Part shown: positions 20,386-30,761 of the stretch, in pieces
Position numbering within the stretch: the first letter of the stretch is position 1
Layout: each line of letters begins with the position of its first letter
Assembly: GCA_963422615.1 (NCBI GenBank)
Contig: OY730414.1
Location: 248,001-312,000, forward strand
Length of the DNA stretch: 64,000 nt
From: Longimicrobiales bacterium
Lineage (GTDB): Bacteria > Gemmatimonadota > Gemmatimonadetes > Longimicrobiales > Gaopeijiaceae
Direction: 5' to 3'
Notes under the pieces: model-generated
Told to the model about the DNA's origin: nothing
Seen by the model: only the letters and a program-made list of their open reading frames with translations
Databases searched by the model: none
Position numbers and translations under genes: made by a program

Positions 20386-21485
20386 TCAGCGTCCAGCTCG
20401 AACCCGTGGACACTTGGTTCTTCCGAGGCGGAACCCCGTTCACGAGGGGAAGTACGCCACAGGAAAATGTCGAAGGCCTCTTTCCCCCGTATCCGACCAC
20501 GGTTGTCGGCGCCCTGCGGGCAGCGCTGGCTCTCGGCAAGGGTTGGGACGGCAGCGGCCGATGGCAGGCCGAATTCAATCAAGTGCTAGGCGACGGTCCC
20601 AACGATCTGGGTGCACTGTCCTTCGACGGTCCATTTCTCCTCCAGGACGGAAGGCCGCTGTTCCGCGCACCTCGTCACCTGCTCGGCTGCAGGAGTGAGA
20701 ACGGGTGGACTCCCAGGGCATTTCTTCGGCCGGGAGATCCGGTTACATGTGACCTGGGCGATGCCGTCCGGCTTCCCGAGTTGGCGGCAGCAACCGGTAA
20801 CTTCGTGGACCTCAAAGCCGGCAAGAGCGAATGGCTCACCCAGGCGGGCATGAACGCGGTGCTTCGTGGTAAGCTTTCGGATCGGGGCGATGTCGTGTCG
20901 GGCAAATGCCTCTGGTCGGAAGAGGCGCGTGTCGGTCTCGAGCGAGACCGAGAATTGCGCAGTGCAAAGGAAGGCATGCTCTACAGCACCCGCCATGTTC
21001 GTACGCATCGCAGCGTTTCGCTCGGCGTGCGCGTCCGCGGGCTGCCTGAAGATTGGAATCCACCGTTCAAACGGCTGGTGCCGCTGGGAGGCGAAGCCCG
21101 CATGGCGGAATGCCTCAAATGGGATGGCGACATGAGCTTCGATATGCCGCTTGATGGAATCGGATCGAGCGGCCGATTGGCCGCCATCGCCCTGTCGCCC
21201 CTCGACATCAAACCTGCCGTCCTTCGTGGTGAACAGACGCTCGCGGAGCTTGGAGGTGCACGGGTGGTGTCGGCGTGTCTGGACCGCCCGCAGCGCATCG
21301 GCGGTTGGGACTCCCTTGCGCGCCGTCCACTGCCCCTTCGGAGCGTCCTGCCCCCGGGTAGCGTGCTGTTCTGCGAGATGCCGAAGGGCGTTCCGGATGC
21401 CACCCTGGCAAACGATGGGGTGATGCATATGGGATCGCGGCAAGAATGGGGTTTTGGACTCGTTGCGCTCGGAATCTGGCCCTGA
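20382..21485 (+). CDS. cmr3: Type III-B Cmr3
   Basis: PVDTWFFRGGTPF, FPPYPTTVVGALR, LGGEAR, GGWD, PPGSV, GFG. Confidence 0.93.
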   Translation: MISVQLEPVDTWFFRGGTPFTRGSTPQENVEGLFPPYPTTVVGALRAALALGKGWDGSGRWQAEFNQVLGDGPNDLGALSFDGPFLLQDGRPLFRAPRHLLGCRSENGWTPRAFLRPGDPVTCDLGDAVRLPELAAATGNFVDLKAGKSEWLTQAGMNAVLRGKLSDRGDVVSGKCLWSEEARVGLERDRELRSAKEGMLYSTRHVRTHRSVSLGVRVRGLPEDWNPPFKRLVPLGGEARMAECLKWDGDMSFDMPLDGIGSSGRLAAIALSPLDIKPAVLRGEQTLAELGGARVVSACLDRPQRIGGWDSLARRPLPLRSVLPPGSVLFCEMPKGVPDATLANDGVMHMGSRQEWGFGLVALGIWP

Positions 21486-21502
21486 GGTAAGGAGAAATTG
21501 AC

Positions 21503-22321
21503 ATGAAGACAGCCATGATCGGCCTTCTGGCCGAGACTCCGGTCCATCCCGGCACTGGTCGCGGGATGGGGGTTATAGACCTGCCGGTCGCTCGGGAAGC
21601 GTCCACGGATTATCCGGTGCTGGTCGGGTCGAGCCTGAAGGGCGCCCTGCGCGACAAGGCGAAAACGAAGAACGTGAGCAATGTGGACCGTCGCTTCGGA
21701 AAACCGGACCATGCAGGCGATCTGCTGGTCTCCGATGGACGGCTGTTGCTTCTTCCCGTGCGGAGCCTGACTGGCTCGTACCGCTGGGCGACCTGCCCGC
21801 ACCTCGTCGAACGCTACCGCCGCGACCTTGCCCGCGCCGGCCTCGCTCCCCGGCCCCAAGTTCCAGATGTGCAGCTAGGGTCGGTGCTCACGACGGGCGA
21901 GGGCAACCTGTTCCTGGAGGAGCGACAGTTCGAGATCGCCGGCGAGCCTACAGCGGAGCTTGTGAAGACAATGAAGCCCCTCCTTCTCCACGAAGAAACG
22001 CAAAAGCGCCTGAGTGACCGAATCGCCGTCCTGCACGACGACGACTTCGCTTGGTTCGCGCGCTACGGCCTGGCCATCCAGGCTCGCAATGTGCTGGACG
22101 ACGAGACCAAGCAGAGCCGGAATCTGTGGTACGAGGAAACGCTTCCCCCGGACACGGTCATGTACGCGCTCGTCATGGGCCGTGGCGAACATGCCGCGGA
22201 TGCGCTCAAAGAGTTGTTTCCAAATGACGATCCGTATCTGCAGGCGGGCGGCAACGAGACGGTGGGCCAGGGTTGGTTTGCGGTCAACGTACGTCGAGCC
22301 CGGGCTGGAGACATGGGATGA
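21503..22321 (+). CDS. cmr4: Type III-B Cmr4
   Basis: TPVHPGTG, IDLPVARE (catalytic Asp present), GSSLKGALR, LWYEE, GGNETVGQG. Confidence 0.95.
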   Translation: MKTAMIGLLAETPVHPGTGRGMGVIDLPVAREASTDYPVLVGSSLKGALRDKAKTKNVSNVDRRFGKPDHAGDLLVSDGRLLLLPVRSLTGSYRWATCPHLVERYRRDLARAGLAPRPQVPDVQLGSVLTTGEGNLFLEERQFEIAGEPTAELVKTMKPLLLHEETQKRLSDRIAVLHDDDFAWFARYGLAIQARNVLDDETKQSRNLWYEETLPPDTVMYALVMGRGEHAADALKELFPNDDPYLQAGGNETVGQGWFAVNVRRARAGDMG

Positions 22322-22725
22322 GGACGATCGAACAGCGACGGGCGTCGGACGCGCTCAAACGCATCGAAGACTTGAAAGTCCGGTCTGACGGGTTCAAGAA
22401 GCTATATCGCGCCTATGTGGACCGCATCGGGCCGACCATCGTCATGAACAGCCTGGGGCAGGCGCTGGCGACCGAGCGTGCGGCCGCCGGAAGCAACCCC
22501 TCGAACGACCGTGAACAGGCACACCATGAAGTCTATGTCAGCCTGAAGGGCTGGCTCTGCCGGGAGGGCGGCGTGTACCCGGCAGGTCAGGATCTCCTCA
22601 AAGCCATCACGAAACACGGCGAATCACATTACCTACACGCCCAGGCCGAGGCCCTGGCATGGCTGGAGTGGCACAAGAAATGCTGCCGGGCGTCGTTCCC
22701 CAAAGGCGAAGAGGGTGCTGAATAA
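22318..22725 (+). CDS. cmr5: Type III-B small subunit Cmr5
   Basis: MRTIEQRRA, IVMNSLGQALA, EALAWLEWHK; lies between cmr4 and cmr6. Confidence 0.9.
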   Translation: MRTIEQRRASDALKRIEDLKVRSDGFKKLYRAYVDRIGPTIVMNSLGQALATERAAAGSNPSNDREQAHHEVYVSLKGWLCREGGVYPAGQDLLKAITKHGESHYLHAQAEALAWLEWHKKCCRASFPKGEEGAE

Positions 22726-23849
22726 TGAGCCGCCCACTCTACAAGGTTGCCGTTGATGAGCCGAGAGTCCGGCCGCCCGAGGGACATGCCGGTTTGTGGT
22801 TCGACAAGTTCTGCAACACGTGGCGCGTCAATGGCAACGCCTGGGAGATGAAGGGAAAGGATGAGAACAATCCGAAGCTTGCTTGGATCAACAGCGTTAC
22901 GAAGGGCCAGCTAGGTGAGCCGCATCAACTCGAAGAATACGTTCTACGCTTGGCAAGGCTGGTCGAAAAGCAGGGCGGACGCACAATCCTGTTCAAGACC
23001 GAGTCGCGCTTCGTAACCGGTCTGGGCCGCAGCCACGCAATCGAGAACGGTTTCGCCTGGCATCCGACGCTGGGGACCCCATACCTGCCGGGAAGCTCGG
23101 TGAAGGGGATGGTGCGCGCCTGGGCGGAACAGGAGGCGACGCCGAGCCCGAAAAAAAAGACCCTGGAGCGTCTGTTGGGGAAGCGCGACAGCGTGGGGAG
23201 CCTCTCATTTCTGGATGCCGTCCCCGCCGCGCCGGTGCAACTCGAAGCCGATGTGATGACGCCTCATTACGCCGGCTGGAGTGCTAAAGAGCCGCCGGGC
23301 GACTGGATGTCCCCGACGCCGATCCCTTTCCTGGCGACGGCAGCGCGGACTTCATTCCTCTTCGGGATTGTTCCCCACCGCGCAGTCGCGGAGGACGATC
23401 TGGCCACGGTAGCCGACTGGCTGCGCGAGGCCCTTGCCTGGGCCGGCGCCGGCGCGAAGACGTCGGTCGGATATGGCCGGTTTCGCCGTGACGATGAAGG
23501 AACCCGAGGGTTGAAACAGCAATTGAGCGACGAAGACCGTCGTCGCCGTGAGCAACGGAAGCGCGAAGAGGCCGTGAAGAGCCCGGAAGGGCGCTGGCGC
23601 TTGAAGATTGAAGGCAAGACAGAAGCCGAAGTCCTCGATTTGGTGCGCGTCCATCTAGAAAAAGAGCGTCTGGCGGATCCGGTCGAAAGGCGGGCCTTCG
23701 CGAACGCCGTTTTGTCGATATTCTCTAACTGGGTTGAGGGTTGGCGGCGCGGGAGAAAGCAGGATCCCCGGACGAATGTCGGAACCAAAAAGCTGAAGGC
23801 GCGGGCGCGCCTACTCTGCAGTGCGTTGGCTGAGGCTGATCCAGAATGA
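22725..23849 (+). CDS. cmr6: Type III-B RAMP protein Cmr6 with a C-terminal extension
   Basis: GLGRSHAIENG, GTPYLPGSSVKG, DVMTPHY, PIPFL, GAGAKTSVGYG. Confidence 0.94.
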   Translation: MSRPLYKVAVDEPRVRPPEGHAGLWFDKFCNTWRVNGNAWEMKGKDENNPKLAWINSVTKGQLGEPHQLEEYVLRLARLVEKQGGRTILFKTESRFVTGLGRSHAIENGFAWHPTLGTPYLPGSSVKGMVRAWAEQEATPSPKKKTLERLLGKRDSVGSLSFLDAVPAAPVQLEADVMTPHYAGWSAKEPPGDWMSPTPIPFLATAARTSFLFGIVPHRAVAEDDLATVADWLREALAWAGAGAKTSVGYGRFRRDDEGTRGLKQQLSDEDRRRREQRKREEAVKSPEGRWRLKIEGKTEAEVLDLVRVHLEKERLADPVERRAFANAVLSIFSNWVEGWRRGRKQDPRTNVGTKKLKARARLLCSALAEADPE

Positions 23850-24202
23850 GCTAGTGTAGCACCAATCTACAAATCGGATTCGGAACGCGTTGTCTGGAGG
23901 GATGCCATCCGAAACGGTGATCGGACCCCGTCCAACACCGGCAGGTTTCATTGCGCGAAACCGATGTTCGTCATCGTCCACAGATCAGAACGCAATCACA
24001 CGATACTCGATGCGCTGGAAGGGTCACCACGCCATCATCCGTTTGTACGGGCGAGAACGTTTGGCGGCGCGGGCGAAGCCACGCCGACCCGGAAATGGAA
24101 CGGCCAGCATTACCGGCTGGTGGACGAGCTTGCCCGGACAAGTCCCCGCAGCAAAACTAAAGATACCCGTGTGCCGCGGCAGAAAACCGCTACCGAAGGC
24201 TA

Positions 24203-24388
24203 CTACTCCCAGTCGAAACGTTCAGCATCCTTGTCGTGGTGGCGCGCATCTTGTTCGTAGCTGTCAGCCAGGGCGCCGAGAGCCCTGGCGGTATGCGGGT
24301 GATCAAATGCGATAGCGGTAGCCCATTTGCGGAATTGGGTGGCTTCCTGCCGTTCCAGGTGCCCGCCGTCGCCCAGATTTCCGCGCAA
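24203..24388 (-). pseudogene. 3' remnant of a large defence-island-type protein
   Basis: GDGGHLERQEATQFRKWA...LADSYEQDA resembles a C-terminus I recall from large XRE/HigA-annotated proteins; the 5' part is missing. Confidence 0.45.
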
Positions 24389-24706
24389 GCACTTGCAACG
24401 GCAGGGGATGACCCGATGTCGTTATAACCAGATTGCCAACTTCGTCCTTCCCAGAGCGAGATCAACATCGCCATTGGCGACAAGGCACCCGATCATTACT
24501 TTGCCGAGATCGTAGATCAAGTGAATGGCGGACCTAAGCGCTACGGTGGTATTGTGGATCGCGCCGAGCTACGGGAGAACTTCATCCAAAACTGCCTGCC
24601 CGATTGTTTGCTTGACGGTGACGTACCGGTTTACGAAAAGTTCTTGGCGGAGCGCCGCCGACTGATGGCGCTAAGGATCAGGAAGTGGTTCGAAGGGTTG
24701 TCGTGA
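24378..24706 (+). pseudogene. Frameshifted 3' remnant of a DUF262/GmrSD-type nuclease
   Basis: FPRKHLQRQGMTRCRYNQIANFVL, then a frameshift near 24450, then QSEINIAIGDKAPDHYF...YEKFLAERRRLMALRIRKWF. Confidence 0.65.
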
Positions 24707-24788
24707 CGGTTGGGCCTGACCGGCAGGGATCGTCTGCAACTGACGTGACACGACCCGGGCAATCCCGGGCGAATGAGGAAACAAGAGT

Positions 24789-27700
24789 ATGGAAGGAAAC
24801 GACGAACGCTCTTCGGAGAACACCAGCCAAGACCCGGCCCCGGCCTCGAATGTCGTCGAAATCGACGTAATTCTCTCTCCACGCATCAACTTTGCATCCG
24901 CCCAGAACGCCGTCCCCATCATCCAATCCTTGACGCTGCGGAATCGTGGAGAAGCGTGTCTCGATAACCTGCGGTTGACGCTCGATCCCCAGCCGCCATT
25001 TCTCCGCAAAAAAACCTGGGTCGTCGACCGCCTCGGCGCCGATACCAAGATCGCCGTCACAAACCGGGAGCTGAAACTGGATCTCAAGTTTCTTGATGGC
25101 TTGAACGAAGCGGAACACGGGCAGCTCACATTTACCCTGTTCTCCGGCGAGAGCACGGTCGCGGAAAACGTGCAACCTGTCCAGATTCTCGCCCGTGACG
25201 AGTGGGGCGGGGTCGGGGCGATGTCCCAGATTCTTGCCGCCTTCATTTCGCCGAACGATCCGGCAATCCCCGCCCTGATCAAGGAGGCCTCTCGGATCCT
25301 TGAAGCCGCTGGCCATTCCGGCGCACTGGATGGCTACCAGTCCAAGGATCCCCGCAGGGCCTGGATGCTGGCGGCCTCCATCTGGTCTGCGGCGACCGCC
25401 TTAAACCTCAGCTATGCCGAGCCGCCGAAATCATTCGAGAAGGCAGGACAGAAAGTCCGTGGCCCCGGGCAAATTGTCGGCGAGGGCCTCGCGACGTGCC
25501 TGGATACCTCGCTTCTACTGGCAGCAGCGCTGGAAGCGGCGGGCCTGAACCCGATCGTCGTCTTTGTCGAAGGCCACGCGTTCGCCGGCGTTTGGCTTCA
25601 AGACATGACGTTCAATGGCACCGTTGAGCCGGACCCGACGGAGTTACGCAAGGCGATTGCGGCTCGGGAACTTCTGGTCTTCGAGACGACGCTACTCTGC
25701 CAGCGTCCGGCGATCGGCTATAAACAGGCGATTGCCGAAGCGGAGAAGCGACTGACGGAAGAGGAGGAGCATCTCTTTGATCGGGCCGTCGATGTCTGCC
25801 GTTGCCGCGCCGCGAACATCCACCCGCTGTCGACGGCTCGCGAAGCAAAGACGGCAGATACCACGGAGGAGGCCAGCGCCGCGGCCGCCCTTCCCGGACT
25901 GCCCGACTTCGGCGTGCTTCCCGGGGAGCTGATCGACGAGGTGCCCCAGGACGCCCAGGGCCGGGTCAAGCGCTGGGAGCGCAAGCTGCTCGACCTCTCG
26001 CTCCGCAACAAGCTGCTGAACTTTACTAAGACCAAGCAGTCCATTCCGTTGCTCTGTCCGGACGTACCGAAGCTCGAAGACATGCTGGCAGAGAGCACTC
26101 GCTTCTCGATCATCTCGCTTCCTGATGAGAATCCCACCGGCAACCGGGACCGCGAGCTCCATCGCCAGCAACACGGCGAAGACATCGAGACCGGATATGC
26201 AAGAGAAGCCCTGGATCGAAAAGAACTCTGTGCTCCGATCACGGGTCACGATCTCACGGGCCGTCTGACGACGCTGTTTCGCAAAGCCAAGAGCGACTTG
26301 AGCGAGGGTGGGACGAACACCCTGTTTCTTGCCGTCGGCTTTCTCAAATGGAAGAAGACACCGAAGGACACGCGGGTCTACCGGTCACCCTTGTTGCTTC
26401 TGCCCGTGAAGCTTACTCGGCAATCCGCAAGGTCGGGCTACCGGGTTTCGCACCATGAAGACGACGTTCGCTTCAACGCGACCCTGCTGGAATTCCTTAA
26501 AAGAGATTTTGGCCTGGAAGTGCCCGGGCTGCTCGGCGACTTGCCGAGAGATGAGTCGGGCATCAACGTGCCCGCCGTCTTTGAGATGATGCGCGCTGCC
26601 GTTCGCACGACGCCCGGGTTCGAGGTCTCGGAAGAGGCCGCGATCGGGACCTTTTCGTTTACCAAGTTCCTGATGTGGAAGGATTTGGTGGATCGCACCG
26701 ACGAGCTTCGCAAGAACCGACTCGTAAAGCATCTGATCGACAGCGCCGAAGGAGAAAAATTCGAAGGTGCCGGGGGCGACAACGGTCAAGGTTTTCCGAA
26801 GCCGCGCGATATCGACCGCCTTGCTCCCAAGGACCTGCTCACACCACTTCCGGCCGACAGCTCCCAACTTGTTGCAGTGGTGGCCGCCCAGCGCGATCAT
26901 GACTTCATCATCATCGGGCCCCCAGGTACCGGAAAAAGCCAGACGATCGCCAACATCATTGCCCATTGCCTCGCCAAAGGGAAGACGGTGCTCTTCGTGG
27001 CCGAGAAGGCCGCGGCCCTCGACGTGGTGTATCGACGCCTGCGCCATTACGGACTGGGCGATGCCTGCCTCGAGCTTCACTCGAACAAGACCGATCGCGC
27101 CCGCGTGCTGAAACAGCTTGGCGCCGCCTGGGACCGTTCGGCCGAAGACGCCGGCCAAGAGTGGGTGCGCGTTACCGGGAATCTTGAGGTCAAACGCGAT
27201 CGTCTGAACGCGTATGTGGACGCTCTCCACGCCAAGGGTTTCCACGGTATGTCCGTCTTTGAGGCCATTGGCAGAGCCGCCCGCTTCGACGGACCCCTCG
27301 TTTCCTTGTCCTACGACCAACCCGACGCGCACGATCGTGAAAGCTTTGCCGCCCTGCGTGAAATCGCACGTAAAGCCGGCATCACCTGGGCTCAAGCCCG
27401 ACTCGGCAACGCGCTCGCCAGCGTCACCGCGACAGAGTGGAGCTTCGCGTGGGAGCGGGAGTTTCTTCAGCGGGCCGAGGCGGTTGGCATTGCCGCGGAG
27501 GCCGCGCGCGAGCGGGCCTGTGAACTCGCCGCCGCGCTGGGTCTTCCGGGCGAGGCAAGCGTATCGAGCCCACGACGCGATTTGCTGGAACGGTTCGCGG
27601 AGGCCGCAGCGCGGGTGGGTGACGGGGATTTCACGCTGGCGCTGGGCGCGAATCTGGCAACGGCGGAAGCGCGGGTCGAACCGGTCACCGCCCTGCTGAA

Positions 27701-30700
27701 AACCATTGCGGACGCAAAGGCGCGGCTCGCAGGGGACTACGAGGAAGCAGAGATCAAGACGATCCCGATTCGGCAGATCGATTTGGAATGGCGTCAGGCC
27801 AGCGCCAAGGTGTGGCCCCTCTCTGACTTCGCGAAGCGAGGCGTGACCCGATTTCTTAGAACCTACGCCAAACCGGCCGGCCGGGCCCCCGATCCGGCAA
27901 AGGATATCGCCCAGCTTGCGCGCCTGCAGTCCGACTTGCGAGAACTTGACCAGGACCCTCTCGCTGCCGTGCCGGTCTTTGTCGGCTCCAGTACTCGACC
28001 GAAGGTGCTCCAGGAGTGGGTCGCGGCGGCTGGGGAGTATCGAACGGTGGCCGATGACATCCGTCGGCTCGGGGGCAGCGAGCACGCGCTGGAAGCCGTC
28101 GCCCGGAGCGGCGGCAGTGCGTCCGAGCCGGCGCGCACGTCGCACTCCTTCGCCGCCGCCATGACCGAGCTGCGCCAAGCCGTTGCGACCCACGCGGCAC
28201 ACGCCGGAGGGGCTCCGGAGATCAAGGGACTTTTCGATCTGAAAGCCGCGTTCGACGCCATGCTGGCGCAGCGTGCTCACCTCGCAAATCGCACGCACTG
28301 GGCCAAGCTTCGGCAAGCGGCAACGGCCCGCGGTCTGACCCCGCTGCTCGATGCCCTCGAAGAAGAGCGGATCGAGACAGCCGCGTCAGAGGAGGTCTTC
28401 ATCGCCTCTTATGTCAACTGGTGGCTGCCGCTGGCGCTCGACCGGTCGGAGGCCTTGCGTGGCTTCCTGACCTGGAAGCACGAGGACCTCCGGTCGACAT
28501 TCATAGAGCTCGACGAGACAGCGCAGCGCCTCGCTTCCACCCAGATTCGCTTGGCGCTCACCCATAGCCTTCCAGGGAAAGACAGCGTGCCGCAAAGGTC
28601 GGAGCTGGGCACGCTGCGCCATCAGCTCGGGTTGATCCGACCGAGCATGGCGATCCGCAAACTCATCCACCAGATGCCAACGACGTTTACGAAGCTCGCG
28701 CCCTGCGTTCTGATGTCGCCGCTGTCGGTGGCCCAGTATCTCCCTGCGGGCCACCAGGGCTTCGACCTGGTGATCTTCGACGAAGCGTCCCAGATCACGA
28801 CCTGGGATGCGGTCGGCGTGATCGCCCGGGCCAAGCAGGCCATCATCTGCGGGGATCCCAAGCAGCTTCCGCCAACCAACTTCTTCGGCCGGACCGAGCG
28901 CGACGATGAGAACATCGAATTCTACGAGCGGGATATGCCCAGCATCCTGGACGAGGTCAAAGCGGCCGGCATTCCCGTGCATCGGCTCAATTGGCACTAT
29001 CGCAGCCGGGACGAAGCGCTCATCGCCTTCTCGAACCGAAACTATTACGGCGGCAAGCTGGTCACTTTTCCAGCACCGAAGACCAGCACCGAGGCGGTCA
29101 AGCTGCATCGCCTGGACGGCATCTTCGGGCGCGGAAAGTCCCGAACCAACCGGGTCGAAGCCGAAGCGATTGTCGCCCTCCTGGTCGAACGCATGGGGGC
29201 GGAACTCGAAGAGCCGCCAGAGGACCGCAAGACCTTCGGCGTCATCACCTTCAACCGCCAGCAGCAGGATCTGATCCTGGATCTGCTGGACGAAGCGCGC
29301 CGCCAGAACCCGCAACTGGAATGGTTCTTCGGGGACGATCGCGAGGAACCCACGATCGTCAAGAACCTGGAAAACATCCAGGGCGATGAACGCGACATCA
29401 TGATGTTCTCGATCACCTTCGGGCCCGACGATGCCGGTCGGATCACGATGAACTTCGGTGCCCTCAATCCCCAGGGCGGCGAAAAGCGGCTCAACGTCGC
29501 CGTCACGCGCTCTCGGGACGAGCTTCACGTCTTCGCGTCCCTGGATTCCGACCAGATCGATCTCCGCAGGACAAACTCAACCGGCGTGGCCGATCTAAAG
29601 CAGTTCCTTGACTACGCCGAACGCGGTTCGGTGGCACTGGTCGCAGCCGACAAGGGCTCCATGGGTCCGGCCGAGAGCCCTTTCGAGGAAGCGGTGGCCA
29701 AGGCTTTGGACGGGAGGGGGTGGGAGGTCCGGACCCAGATCGGCGTATCCGGATTCCGGATCGATCTCGGGATCGTCCATCCCGGTCGCGCGGGCGCCTA
29801 CCTGGCCGGGATCGAGTGCGACGGCTACACCTACCACCGCTCCGCAACGGCAAGAGATCGGGACCGAATCCGGCAAAACATCCTGACCAACCTGGGCTGG
29901 CGGATCTTGCGCGTCTGGTCGACGGATTGGTTCCGTAATGCAGGCGAGACAACCGAGCGCCTGCACGACGCTCTCAAGGCGGTGCTGGAAGAAGACCGCG
30001 CCCGCAGAGCCCGAACGGGGGACGCCGAAGAGAGCGGGGATGAACCCGCCGATAGCACCGACGCTCAAACAACCTTGATTGCTCGAGGAGCGGGGGAAAA
30101 ACCAGCCGCTTCATCCAGGGAGTCGACAGAGGCGCTCTCCGATCCGGAAGACGACACCGCGCCTGCTTCCGAAGCCACCCCGCCTGCTGAAACCATGGCA
30201 CAAGACGAGGACACTCTCGGCGGCCGTCCGAATGACTCGATGGGGGCGGACACGTCAGAAAGCGAGGTCGATCCACTCGCCGACGAGGTGGGCCAACGAG
30301 GCTCCCCGGACTACGAAAAACCGGACCCGGACCGCTTTCATGACGACAACTATACGCCCAGGCTGAAGGCTCTGATCTCCGGGGTCGTAGCGGCGGAAGG
30401 TCCGCTCCCTCTCGATTTGCTCGCTCGTGCCGTGGCGCGGGAACATGGCTGGCAGCGCGCGGGGAGCCGAATCAAGCAGCGCGTCCTATACTGCCTCGGA
30501 GACAACGAGCTGCACGACGATCGCAATGGCCGCTTCGTCTGGTCACCAGGTTCGTACAGGGACGAAATTCCGTTCCGCCACGAACTTGATCGCGGTCTCC
30601 GAGAGCGGCCCTTCGCCGAGTTCATGGGCGCTTTGAGAGCCAACCCCGACGTTCTTGATGCGGAAGATCCAGCCGACGCCTTCGCCCGCCGAATCGGCGT

Positions 30701-30761
30701 GCGGCGCCTGTCCGCAAAAGCGCGGAGTTGGATGGATGAATGTCTATCCGCTTGGCACTAG
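24789..30761 (+). CDS. DUF4011-SF1 helicase-Vsr-like nuclease-DUF3320 protein (Hhe-type anti-phage)
   Basis: WERKLLDLSLRNKLLN, GPPGTGKSQT, FDEASQ, GDPKQLPPT, HYRS, QGDERD, RLNVAVTR, ESPFEE..RIDLG..IECDG. Confidence 0.9.
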   Translation: MEGNDERSSENTSQDPAPASNVVEIDVILSPRINFASAQNAVPIIQSLTLRNRGEACLDNLRLTLDPQPPFLRKKTWVVDRLGADTKIAVTNRELKLDLKFLDGLNEAEHGQLTFTLFSGESTVAENVQPVQILARDEWGGVGAMSQILAAFISPNDPAIPALIKEASRILEAAGHSGALDGYQSKDPRRAWMLAASIWSAATALNLSYAEPPKSFEKAGQKVRGPGQIVGEGLATCLDTSLLLAAALEAAGLNPIVVFVEGHAFAGVWLQDMTFNGTVEPDPTELRKAIAARELLVFETTLLCQRPAIGYKQAIAEAEKRLTEEEEHLFDRAVDVCRCRAANIHPLSTAREAKTADTTEEASAAAALPGLPDFGVLPGELIDEVPQDAQGRVKRWERKLLDLSLRNKLLNFTKTKQSIPLLCPDVPKLEDMLAESTRFSIISLPDENPTGNRDRELHRQQHGEDIETGYAREALDRKELCAPITGHDLTGRLTTLFRKAKSDLSEGGTNTLFLAVGFLKWKKTPKDTRVYRSPLLLLPVKLTRQSARSGYRVSHHEDDVRFNATLLEFLKRDFGLEVPGLLGDLPRDESGINVPAVFEMMRAAVRTTPGFEVSEEAAIGTFSFTKFLMWKDLVDRTDELRKNRLVKHLIDSAEGEKFEGAGGDNGQGFPKPRDIDRLAPKDLLTPLPADSSQLVAVVAAQRDHDFIIIGPPGTGKSQTIANIIAHCLAKGKTVLFVAEKAAALDVVYRRLRHYGLGDACLELHSNKTDRARVLKQLGAAWDRSAEDAGQEWVRVTGNLEVKRDRLNAYVDALHAKGFHGMSVFEAIGRAARFDGPLVSLSYDQPDAHDRESFAALREIARKAGITWAQARLGNALASVTATEWSFAWEREFLQRAEAVGIAAEAARERACELAAALGLPGEASVSSPRRDLLERFAEAAARVGDGDFTLALGANLATAEARVEPVTALLKTIADAKARLAGDYEEAEIKTIPIRQIDLEWRQASAKVWPLSDFAKRGVTRFLRTYAKPAGRAPDPAKDIAQLARLQSDLRELDQDPLAAVPVFVGSSTRPKVLQEWVAAAGEYRTVADDIRRLGGSEHALEAVARSGGSASEPARTSHSFAAAMTELRQAVATHAAHAGGAPEIKGLFDLKAAFDAMLAQRAHLANRTHWAKLRQAATARGLTPLLDALEEERIETAASEEVFIASYVNWWLPLALDRSEALRGFLTWKHEDLRSTFIELDETAQRLASTQIRLALTHSLPGKDSVPQRSELGTLRHQLGLIRPSMAIRKLIHQMPTTFTKLAPCVLMSPLSVAQYLPAGHQGFDLVIFDEASQITTWDAVGVIARAKQAIICGDPKQLPPTNFFGRTERDDENIEFYERDMPSILDEVKAAGIPVHRLNWHYRSRDEALIAFSNRNYYGGKLVTFPAPKTSTEAVKLHRLDGIFGRGKSRTNRVEAEAIVALLVERMGAELEEPPEDRKTFGVITFNRQQQDLILDLLDEARRQNPQLEWFFGDDREEPTIVKNLENIQGDERDIMMFSITFGPDDAGRITMNFGALNPQGGEKRLNVAVTRSRDELHVFASLDSDQIDLRRTNSTGVADLKQFLDYAERGSVALVAADKGSMGPAESPFEEAVAKALDGRGWEVRTQIGVSGFRIDLGIVHPGRAGAYLAGIECDGYTYHRSATARDRDRIRQNILTNLGWRILRVWSTDWFRNAGETTERLHDALKAVLEEDRARRARTGDAEESGDEPADSTDAQTTLIARGAGEKPAASSRESTEALSDPEDDTAPASEATPPAETMAQDEDTLGGRPNDSMGADTSESEVDPLADEVGQRGSPDYEKPDPDRFHDDNYTPRLKALISGVVAAEGPLPLDLLARAVAREHGWQRAGSRIKQRVLYCLGDNELHDDRNGRFVWSPGSYRDEIPFRHELDRGLRERPFAEFMGALRANPDVLDAEDPADAFARRIGVRRLSAKARSWMDECLSAWH

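Noticed and set aside
23151..23158. A8 run in cmr6 as a phase-variation switch
   Set aside because: In frame, encodes Lys codons, and short
23960..24160. Faint resemblance to a ParA C-terminus (ENVW..SH, NGQHYRLVDELA)
   Set aside because: Needs several frameshifts; too weak without a search
23851..30761. CTAGTG...CACTAG as IS-like ends around the Hhe segment
   Set aside because: Only 6 bp of inverted match and no transposase
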